From NCBI GenBank assembly GCA_016748015.1, contig JAAOMT010000078.1, forward strand, positions 1 through 8,799: a DNA stretch of 8,799 bases, in the 5' to 3' direction. Positions 1 to 8,341 of this stretch are shown here, in pieces. The stretch comes from Geosiphon pyriformis uo1 (Eukaryota; Fungi; Glomeromycota). The notes beneath the pieces are model-generated. The model had not been told where the DNA came from. It did not search any database and saw only the letters and a program-made list of their open reading frames with translations. The translations under genes and the position numbers were made by a program. Every line of letters starts with the position of its first letter. Position 1 is the stretch's first letter.

Positions 1-205
1 AACACCAAATTCACTCTTTATCCGATTTTCAAGACCAGAAAATTTCATCACACCAAAAAGTCTTACTTAACAACCAGAATTAATATCTACTAATACCAAT
101 CTTTTTGACTTCTTAGCAGAAAACCAAAGCAATTACTTTGATAATAGCAAAAACATTTCTGAATCCACAGAGAAAAAAACCACTGAAAATAAAAACACAA
201 ACAAA

Positions 206-820
206 ATAACAATTACCTACATCACAAAAATTACTGAGTTTACTAGAAAAGATGCTGACACTGGCCACAAGAATGACTTGGCAAAATCCAAAAAACAGAT
301 GATATAAATGAATAGACCACCACTAGAATGCTCAAAGCTATTCTTTATTTTTTTCAAAAAACTGCAGATGAATAATTTGAAAACTTGGCTGAATCTTTTA
401 AAGACTGGCAAGCATTCTAAACTGCTTTTTTGGAACAATTTACAGACAACAATATCTTTATTACATTTCAAAACCAATTCTAAAATATTAAGCAAGAACC
501 ATTTGAATCTGTTATAACTTATCTTAGAAAGTTTAACAAACTACTTTAATGAATTCAACAATTGGAAACCAATGAATACTATTCTAATGTCCAGATTTTA
601 GATCAGTTTATTGCAGGATTAAAAAATAAACTCATTAAAAAAGTTTGTCCACATGCTCTAAAAGACTTAACTACAATCATTTAATATGTAAAAAATTACA
701 AAATGACAATAGAAAAAGCAAATTGCACCAAATTTGTCAACCTTGCAATCAGAAAAACCAGCTTAACAGCTGAAAAAAAAATTGATCAACTTACAAAAAA
801 AGTAAAAAATTACTTTACAA
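206..820 (+). pseudogene. gag: Gag capsid (retrotransposon gag) domain remnant
   Basis: Translation reads ITKITEFTRKD...PQE*LGKI...MLKAILYFFQKTADE*FENL...WQAF*TAFLEQF...NIKQEPFESVITYLRKFNKLL...ILDQFIAGLKNKLIKKV. This contains the Ty3 Gag QxxxESVxxYxxxF (MHR-like) and FIxGL motifs. Confidence 0.85.
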
Positions 821-822
821 AT

Positions 823-843
823 CAACAACAACAGCAACAACAA
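823..843 (+). repeat. (CAA/CAG)7 poly-Gln tract in Gag
   Basis: caacaacaacagcaacaacaa is in frame 1 and encodes QQQQQQQ. Confidence 0.8.
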
Positions 844-912
844 AAATACCAGTTATCTCAACAGTGACTTTAAAACAACTATATATCATTATTAAACAAT
901 CAACTCTAAAGT

Positions 913-954
913 TGTCATTATTGTAGAATTCCAGGACACTGGAAACAATATTGC
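913..954 (+). other. Nucleocapsid CCHC zinc knuckle
   Basis: Frame 1 reads CHYCRIPGHWKQYC, an intact C-X2-C-X4-H-X4-C motif. Confidence 0.93.
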
Positions 955-1512
955 AGGAAAATGCAAAGAGACCAACAATTTAGGAATAATCAACGTTATT
1001 TTTAACTTTAACAATCTTATTACCAACCTTTATTACCAGCTTATTACTTTTTAAAACCTCAATAACAAAATAATTACTATCAATTTACACTACAACAACA
1101 ATATTAACAATCTTCACAGATTTAACAATACCAGGCACCATCCACTTAATAATATTAAGTATTAGCCAAAAAACTGGTCCAACAAAACCAATTCACACCA
1201 CAAAACCGTTTTTCAACAAACAACAACAGATTTAACCCCAACAATTAACTAGTTCCCCGAAATTCTGTTCAGCAAAAACCTAATCAATTTTACATTCAAC
1301 TCAATTATTTAATAATGCCAAAAAAATCGGATTTTTAACAAACTGCACTTTTTAAATATGAAGTTACAGCACTAAAACAAAATCTTTTTAGCAATACAAT
1401 TCTATCAGCCAAAATTGCCCAAAATGCCAATCTCTCAGATATATTTTCATTTGAATTTGAAGCAAACAAATCACTATTTTTACTTAGCAATGCAGCAGTT
1501 AATGAGCAAAAA

Positions 1513-1890
1513 GCAATCACAGCTATATACACAGAAACCAAAATAGAAAAAAAACCAATTTGTTTAATCTTAAACAGTAAATTTGCTAAAAGCATTATTA
1601 CTTATCAATTGATATAACAACTCAAACAAAATATTGACCAACCAGCTCAAATGGTTATTGTTACAGCTAATAGTATAAAAAAAACACTAATAAGAGAAAT
1701 TGACAATTTTTTTTTTATAATTGATGAAATTATTATTTCAGTTAAGATTTTTGTCATAAATACATTCTAATATCAAGTTCTTGTTAAAAATAACTGGCTT
1801 CTTAAAGCCAATGCAAATTTAGATTAAGAGACTCAAGAATTAAAGATCTTATACTAAAGACAATACACCAGAGTACCTGCTACTTGTAGT
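1513..1890 (+). pseudogene. Retropepsin aspartic protease remnant (inactive)
   Basis: ICLILNSKFAKSII at 1558-1599 restores to LILDSGSAGSII by reversing transitions (catalytic D->N at 1573). YQVLVKNNWLLK at 1771-1806 restores to LVGNDWL, the C-terminal protease motif. Confidence 0.85.
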
Positions 1891-2085
1891 ACTTTTAACA
1901 AACAATCAGAAAAAGTCTCAGTGTTTGAATTTAAAGAGAAGAAAAAATTGCCAATTACTGAAACATATATGGCTTTTGGATCAACATCTAATTGGACAAA
2001 AAAAGCAGAACAAAAAATCTTTGAAGAATTCAAAAAATAGAATATTGTTTATTATTTTACACCCAAATTACAAAAAAAACCACTT

Positions 2086-2700
2086 TATATTCTACTAAAA
2101 TACAAAAATTATAACAAAAAGCTTTTATGGATCAAAGCTTACATATTACCAGAGGAGAAATATAAAGAATAAACATGCTATATTTGTAAAGCATACTGTA
2201 AAAAATGATTTAAATATCCAAAAAGAAGTGAAAAATAAAACAATACTATTTGTTTCACATATAGAAAAATGCTACTAGAAGAATACAACTGAATTGATAT
2301 TGTAATAAAAGATTGAGTCTGTAATCAAACTTGTTAATATGTTTTACCAATTGTTAAAAAAGTAAAAAGAAGAACTTTATTTAATATAGCATACAACAGC
2401 ACCCTTAATAAACTCTACTATTATTCATATAATACCAAGATGATTTATAAACTAGCCATAGTTTTGATTAATGAAAGAACCAAAAAAGATGTTTGCCAAA
2501 TAAAAAAAGCAGAATACTTCAAATACACTATAGAATTAACTGGATTTGATTATGAAGATAAAGTCAAAACATACTACCAAATAGCAAATCACACTTATCT
2601 GACCCAAAAAGCTCAAATTCAATAATTAGAACAAATGAACATTAAACTATGTAAGGAGTGCATCATGTTTTGTGATGACTAATAGTGTTCAGAATATTAT
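2086..2700 (+). pseudogene. Cys-rich putative Zn-binding insert between protease and dUTPase (includes the 2440-2625 ORF-track fragment)
   Basis: Frame 1 shows YKNY (2101-2112), CYICKAYC (2176-2199), CFTY (2251-2262), VCNQTC (2317-2334) and CKECIMFCDD**CSEY (2650-2697). Several TAC/TAT codons sit where TGC/TGT would complete a CxxC pair. Confidence 0.6.
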
Positions 2701-2820
2701 ACTCTTAGTATTTTCTTGTCCAACAAAAACAATCAAAAGAAAATCAAATTTGGAAAACCAGAAGAAAAAATTACAACAATCTCAATCTACTTTACTAAAA
2801 ATCAGTCTGCTATATAATTT

Positions 2821-3242
2821 AAATACTTTGACAACAATAAACAAAGAATAAAACCAGAAAAAGCTCATAAAATTGATGCAGAATATGACTTATAATATTT
2901 TGGCAAAAATACTTTAGTTTTTTAACCAAAGTTCTTTACTAAAATTAATCTTAAAATTGTCTCAAAATTTTACTAGAAGCAATAGTTCAAATTGCTTCCT
3001 GATTATTATTGGCAAGCAAAAAAATCAATGTTTAAGGAAGAATTATAAATACAGAATATATTGGAGATATTATTATTATGTTATAAAATAAAATTAATAA
3101 ATCATTCAAAATTGAGCATGCTAAAAAGATTGCACAAGCTATTTATCTATTTTTAATCAAAATTTTGGGTCTGAAATCAGTCAACTAAAGAAAACAATTA
3201 GGCAAGAGTAATAACAAAACTCAAAGTTTTGATTCAACTGGA
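2821..3242 (+). pseudogene. dut: Trimeric-type dUTPase domain remnant within pol
   Basis: All five motifs appear in order: I DAEYDL (2875-2892, =DAGYDL), II IAS*LLLASK (2991-, =IASRSSLASK), III GRIINTEYIGDI (3036-3071, =GxIDAGYxGDI), IV KIAQAI (3126-3143) and V KTQSFDSTG (3216-3242, =xxQGFGSTG). There is a 1-nt frameshift near 2960. Confidence 0.9.
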
Positions 3243-3710
3243 CATTTTATAGTTCTAGTAAACATAACTCTTAAAACACAAATTGAATTTTATCAGATTT
3301 TTAGACTTCCACAACCAATCATTATATCACCCTTTGAAGAATATTACGAAATTTACATTTGCCCAAAATCAACTATTACCTACCAAATTTTTAAATCCAA
3401 TGAAAAAATCTGTCTGAAACATAAAATTTTAATTCCAAATGTTTATATTCCAAAAGAAATAAAGAAATTTTGAATTATATTTTATAATCCCAACAACTAC
3501 TCTATTATCTTATTAAATGGATTAAAAATTGGAGTAATACATAGCAATATCTTTTAAGATAAAACTGTTTAAATTGTTTCTAAATTTATTGAAATTGTGA
3601 AACATACTTTTCTTTCAAACTCAAATATTCTGCCTATTACTGAAAACTACTATTTTATTGAAGAAAAACTTCCTTGAATCAACATAAATCTCTTAGAATC
3701 CCAACAACAA

Positions 3711-4680
3711 AGACAATTAAAGCAACTCATTGCTGAATTTGCTGATATATTTGCAAAAAACAACAATGACCTAGGAAAAACTAATATTGTTCAGCACCAA
3801 ATCTATACAAGAAATACTTTACCAAAACACCAACAAGTCTATTAAGTCCATCTGCCAGCTATTAATTTATTAAAAAAAAGATACAAAAATGCTTAATAAT
3901 AATCTTATTCAATTATTAAAAAGCCTTTGGGTTTCATTAATAGTTCTTGTTAAAAAAAACGGAAAAATCAAATTTTGTGTAAACTATTGTTAACTCAACA
4001 GTGTAACAATTGGAAATGCTTATCTACTTCTAAGAATCAATAACATGCTAGATGCTTTTAGAAAACCAAAGTTTTTTTCAACTTTGGACTTAGAAAGTGA
4101 ATACTGACAAGTTGAAATAGATCTCAAAAATTGATTCAAAACAGCATTTACCATCCAAAAAGGAAATTACAAGTTCAATGTCATGTTTTTTAGACTTTGC
4201 AATACACTAACAACATTTTAGTAACTTATAGATATTGTATATAAAGAACTCTTATGGCAATTAATAGTTGTTTACTATAATAAAACTAATATATATTTCT
4301 TAATATTTAAAGCTTATTTGATTCACCTGTAAAAAGTATTTCAATGATTATAAAAAGCAGAACTGAAATTGAACATTAAAAAATGTTACTTTGGAAAAAC
4401 AAGCTTAATTTTTCTTGGATATATTGTCAGCAAAGATAAAGTTTAATCTAATCCAAAAACAATTAGCACTGTCAAAAACTTCAAAACTCTCAAAAATACT
4501 ATAGAATTAAGAAAATTTATTGAATTAGCCTCTTACTATTAAAAATTTATCAAAAAATTTTCTGAAATTGCAAAACCACTCAATTATCTTATCAACAAAA
4601 ATGTCTTATATTAATAGACTAATGAATAACAGAAAGCTTTTGAAACTCTCAATGTAAAATTAACAACAGTACTAGTTTTT
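3711..4680 (+). pseudogene. Reverse transcriptase domain remnant (Ty3/Gypsy type)
   Basis: Motifs seen: EFADIFAKNNNDLGKTNIVQHQI; SLWVSLIVLVKKNGKIKFCVNYC*LN (=SPWASPVVLV..FCVDYRxLN); AYLLLRINNMLD (=AYPLPRIDDMLD); STLDLESEY*QV; KTAF; VMFFRLCNTLTTF (=VMPFGLCNAPATF); VVYYNK at the YxDD position (4273-4284); LKLNIKKCYFG; FLGYIVS; LASYY*KFIKKFSEIAKPL. Confidence 0.95.
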
Positions 4681-5072
4681 GCCTATTCAGACTTCAACAA
4701 ATAATTCCAATTAGCCACTGATGCTTTATACATAGCATTTAATGCTATTCTATTATAATTGAATCACAATGTCAATAAATAAGTTATTGTTTATGTTAGC
4801 AGAACACTAAAACCTCCAGAAACAAAATATGGCTCAACAAAACTAGAAGCAGCAGCTGTTATTTGGGCTTTTAAACATTTTCAACAATATTTTCAAAATA
4901 GCAAGAAATTTGATATTATCACAAATAATATTAGTCTCAAATGGCTTAACAAAAAAAAACTGGACTTAATGCCAAACAATCTTAATAGATTGATTTCTTA
5001 GCAAATTACAAATTTATTGTCCATTACAAATCTGACAAATTATACACCAATGTTAATAGCCTTTTAAAAATG
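4681..5072 (+). pseudogene. RNase H domain remnant (Ty3/Gypsy type)
   Basis: Motifs seen: DFNK*FQLATDAL (TDAS, D at 4720); YVSRTLKPPETKYGSTKLEAAAVIWAFKHF (E at 4846); IITNN; **IDFLANYKFIVHYKSDKLYTNVNSLLK (=RW...Y.PGK...AD.LSR). Confidence 0.92.
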
Positions 5073-5344
5073 AGGCAAAATTAATAACAAAACTCACAGA
5101 AACAAAACACCAACAACTTATTAGCTTAATAAACAAAAAAATTAACAACAATAAATCTAAAAACTTACAACAATATCAAAAACTATTTAAAGACACTTAC
5201 TATGTCTAAAAACTTGTCTTTAAATAAAAAACACCAATTAAAACAACAATTCAAATAATATTTTATTTATCACAATAAAATTTATTATCAAAATCACCAA
5301 AATCTAATTAACTTATTCCAATTAGTACAAGAAAATAAAAAAAA

Positions 5345-6528
5345 ACAATTCTATATAACATGTACACAGATTTATTATCAGCATATTTAAGAAGAAACAG
5401 TACAATTCAAAGAATACTTGAATATTATTTTTGGCCTCACATGTAAAAAAACATTTGACAGTATATATAATCATGTAATAGTTGTTAAAGAAGAGAAAAA
5501 ATTCACTTCACTGAATCTCTAAATCCAATCAAAGTTGAATAACCTTTTAACAAAGTTGGTATTGATTTAATTGGATCACTATCTATTACCACTTAAGGAA
5601 ACCAATATATAATAGTTGTAGTAGATTACTTTATCAAATGGCTTGAAGCCAGAACTATCTAAAGAACATATACAAAATCAGTAGCAAATTTTATATATGA
5701 ATACATAATTTGTAGATATAAATGCTTAATTAAACTTTTATTTAATTAAAGAATACATTTTGTGAACAATTTGATACAAGAAATTTGTGAATAATTTAAC
5801 ATTAAAAAACTTTTTTTATTACTCTATCATTCTCAAACAAATAGATTTGTAAAATGTTTTAACTAAATATTATGTAAATTACTAGCCAAAGTCTCAACCA
5901 ATTTTAAGCAAGAATAGCATATCTTTATTTTATTAATGTTACTAACTTGTAGAACATTAAAACAAAATACTACAAACACACACTATTTGATCTTACTTAT
6001 AGGAAAACAGCAATATTATCAATTAATTTTACAGTGGAAACATATTTAGTACAACCCATTACAAAAGAAAACTTCCAAGAAACTCTTTAAAAAAAAGCTT
6101 ATACTCTTCTCAGTACATTGAAAAAAAAATAACAAATTACAGCAACTTATATTAAATACTTTTAAGCTTAACAGAAAAAATGAGATAACAACAAATTGCC
6201 ACCAGTTACCAACGAATTTAAAGTTAGAAACAAAGTTTTTTTACACAGAACTAAGACTAAAAAACAATAAAGTAAAAAATTTGAACATAAATAGAATGGA
6301 CTATTTTAAATTCATGAAATCTTAAGCAATAAATTATACAAATTAAGACTTGATAATAAAATCTTAGCTAAAATTGCACATGGAAATTGACTAAAGCACT
6401 ATTATTCCAGAAATAATTTTGAACTATCAATTCCACAAATTGGTATATATTTCTCTTTAATTAATCCTAAAGATATTCTTCGAAATTTAGAATCAATAGT
6501 TATAATAGAACAAAAACCAAACATTTAA
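5345..6528 (+). pseudogene. Integrase remnant (HHCC, rve core, GPY/F; no chromodomain seen)
   Basis: The HHCC finger has H->Y at 5363 and 5384 and CNSC at 5474-5485, with YFWPHM between. The core reads VGIDLIG (D 5564), VDYFIKWLEA, LFN*RIHF (=SDQGTHF, D->N 5744) and YHSQTNRFVKCFN (=YHPQTNGLVERFN, E->K 5852). The second D and the E are exactly 35 residues apart. KFEHK*NGLF (=W.GPF) lies at about 6277-6306. Confidence 0.94.
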
Positions 6529-6682
6529 TTTTATTAATAATCTCTCTAAAAATACAAAAAAATCAATTAAAAATAGTAAAATAACCATTAAAAAATAACC
6601 AAACCCAAAAATATATAAAATCCATATACCAAAAATTATTTTTTTTTATTTTTTTTATTTCCAAAAATTTATTTTTATTATA

Positions 6683-7396
6683 ATGCTTATTCTTTGAAAC
6701 ATTTAACAAATATTTCACAAATTAATATTAGCTTTAAAAACACTTTTTGACTTATCCATAACAATCAATAGAAATCAAATTAATTACATTCAGAAAAAAA
6801 CTACAGCTTCAATAGTAAATAATTTGCAAAATTATCATCTTTATAGAAAAAATACAAAAATTTATTCTGGAATTCAATTATTAAAACTCTTGAAACAAGC
6901 CTTAAAAGAAAACTTTTTATTTGCCCCTATTGATATTGTACCAAATGCCACAATTCAACAAAAGTTTTAACTGTTTCTTAATGAACAAAGTTATAAATAT
7001 ATCTTTATATTTAGATATTTTTATATTAAAAGAACACTTTATGAACAAAAACTGGAACTTACAACAACAAATCTTACTTTAAAAGCTATACAAAAACAAA
7101 TTCACAACAAATTTAAGACAGCAGCTAGATTAACAAACACTCATTAAAAACTTAGAGCAGTTTATAAACTCTATAATCTATTTAATATTTGTGAAAATGT
7201 CCTATAAAATCTAATATTTCAACCAATAAAGATTCAATACATTGGCAAATTTACAAAACTGAAATTTCAACAATTTTTAGACCAAAATACTTCAATAATT
7301 TTGGATCACTATTTTGAAATTACAGATAGTGCTTAGATTTCAATAGAACTTAGTCTTAAGGAGGAGATTATGTTACTAGTAGAATTTAGTCATTAA
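6683..7396 (+). pseudogene. Decayed accessory ORF (~237 codons) of unknown function between integrase and the 3' LTR
   Basis: It runs from ATG 6683 to TAA 7394-7396 entirely in frame 2. There are only 6 internal stops (6695, 6704, 6968, 7145, 7205, 7334), each explicable by a C->T or G->A change. The translation is protein-like and runs across the PPT into the LTR. Confidence 0.7.
7358..7367 (+). promoter_or_regulatory. Polypurine tract (plus-strand primer)
   Basis: AAGGAGGAGA is a conspicuously G-rich purine run followed by TTA and then TGTTAC at 7371, the expected PPT/LTR junction geometry. Confidence 0.75.
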
Positions 7397-7569
7397 TTAG
7401 CATGAAATTATCTTTATAATTCGTATCATTAATTAGCATATATTAATATCATTTCAAATTATAACTTATTATTTAATCAAATTATTAAATATCACTATTT
7501 AATTAATAATCTAATTTTTATAATAAAATTAGGATGATCAAATTATACAATACTCTATACTATATAACA
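7371..7569 (+). repeat. Probable 3' LTR (start well supported, end uncertain)
   Basis: It starts TGTTAC just after the PPT. The candidate end ATAACA (7564-7569) is GTAACA with one G->A change. It contains AATAAA at 7522-7527 and an internal 14-bp direct repeat TCATTAATTAGCAT (7390-7403, 7426-7439). An alternative end lies at 8340, and there is no 5' LTR in the window for comparison. Confidence 0.5.
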
Positions 7570-7575
7570 TTCAAA

Positions 7576-7696
7576 AATTCACTGAAATTTGTAGAAATTT
7601 ATCGAAATTATGAATAATTTACTAAAATTACAAATAGTTCACTAAAATAACTTGTAGTTTGCCAAAATATATCTTTAGTTCATTGAAATCATAGCA
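7576..7696. repeat. Degenerate ~20-bp tandem repeat, 6 units
   Basis: Units: aattcactgaaatttgtaga / aatttatcgaaattatgaat / aatttactaaaattacaaat / agttcactaaaataacttgt / agtttgccaaaatatatcttt / agttcattgaaatcatagca. The inferred ancestral core is AGTTCACCGAAAT. Confidence 0.7.
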
Positions 7697-8063
7697 AAAA
7701 AAAAAGTTCAAGTTTATAGATTAGTATTATAACAATTTGTATAAAAAAAGAGCTTTTTTTTCAAAAAAATGTATCTTTTATTAGAATTATCTTATTATAG
7801 ATATTTTTTTTACTTCTTTAAAAAAAAAATTAAATACTTAAAAACCAAATTTCTTAATTAAAAATTGCACTTAAAATTTCTTAAAAACTCTACTAATGTT
7901 TTGAAATTGATTAGCCACAAATTTTAGTAAACTGTTAGTAATTCCAGGTCTGAACCAAAAAATGATTCTCTTTACAAAATTCTAATTCTTTTATATTTCT
8001 TTTATTTTCTTTTATTTTTTTTATTATAATTATTAAGGTAGTTTACAGACAAGATTCTTATAG

Positions 8064-8164
8064 AAAAGTTGACTTTTATTACAAAATAACTACACAATTT
8101 TAGTGAGCTTTTAGATGAGCAATTTTTGAGAAAAAGTTGATATTTACTACAATATAACTACATA
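8064..8164. repeat. 33-bp imperfect direct repeat, 2 copies 68 bp apart
   Basis: aaaagttgacttttattacaaaataactacaca (8064-8096) matches aaaagttgatatttactacaatataactacata (8132-8164) at 28 of 33 positions. Confidence 0.65.
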
Positions 8165-8341
8165 AAGTAATTGGCACAAAATTGGTTATTTCACTTATAA
8201 GTTTAGCAGTTCAAATTATAGAAGATAATTTAAAAAGTAAATTCAGTTATCGGAGATTCAACTACTTTTAGAAAATGTGAATTCACAGCAATTAAGCATT
8301 AACAACATTCAAGAAAAGAGACCAAAAATCTTTAGTAACAG

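Larger units (their letters stand above)
2..6528 (+). pseudogene. gag-pol: gag-pol polyprotein pseudogene (single ancestral ORF, many premature stops, 7 frameshifts)
   Basis: Reading frames are: 2 (2-264), 1 (265-~2958), 3 (~2961-~3850), 2 (~3854-3888), 1 (3889-~4958), 3 (4959-~5340), 2 (~5345-~5974), 1 (~5974-6528). The likely native stop is TAA at 6526-6528. Internal stops fall at positions consistent with ancestral TGG, CAA, CAG or CGA codons. Confidence 0.93.
1..7569 (+). mobile_element. Degenerate Ty3/Gypsy LTR retrotransposon carrying a dUTPase and an extra 3' ORF; 5' end lies outside the window
   Basis: The domain order Gag(CCHC)-PR-dUTPase-RT-RNaseH-IN is recoverable on the + strand, and RT-RH-IN order excludes Ty1/Copia. 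A PPT followed by TG lies at 7358-7372. The 3' boundary is uncertain (7569 or 8340). Confidence 0.95.

Noticed and set aside
217-495. 92-aa minus-strand ORF from the track
   Set aside because: It is an antisense shadow of decayed gag, has no motifs, and its F/L/V/I-rich composition is expected from the complement of A-rich DNA.
308-517. 69-aa plus-strand ORF from the track
   Set aside because: It is an off-frame overlap (frame 2) of the Gag capsid, whose conserved motifs are in frame 1.
1335-1595. 86-aa minus-strand ORF with a hydrophobic stretch
   Set aside because: It is antisense to the gag-protease junction, and the hydrophobicity is a compositional artefact.
2440-2625. 61-aa plus-strand ORF as a standalone gene
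   Set aside because: It is an in-frame fragment of the pol Cys-rich insert lying between two mutation-derived stops.
2821-3242. Independent host, phage or bacterial dut gene
   Set aside because: It has no separate start, stop or promoter and is continuous with the pol reading path on both sides.
2-6528. Alternative genetic code (TAA/TAG=Gln, TGA=Trp) or RNA editing making the element functional
   Set aside because: Stops replace Trp, Gln and Arg indiscriminately, catalytic residues of PR, RT and IN are destroyed, and frameshifts are present. This is decay rather than recoding.
6301-6528. Chromodomain at the integrase C-terminus
   Set aside because: No Y.VE.I or YLVKWKG-like pattern is present even after reversing transitions.
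1-7396. Endogenous retrovirus or caulimovirid
   Set aside because: The RT, RNase H and GPF integrase motifs are Ty3/Gypsy-type, an integrase is present (caulimovirids lack one), and the 3' ORF has no env features.
7576-7696. CRISPR array (GTTCAC-like repeat start)
   Set aside because: The period is only about 20 bp, there are no 25-45 bp unique spacers or cas genes, and the context is a eukaryotic TE.
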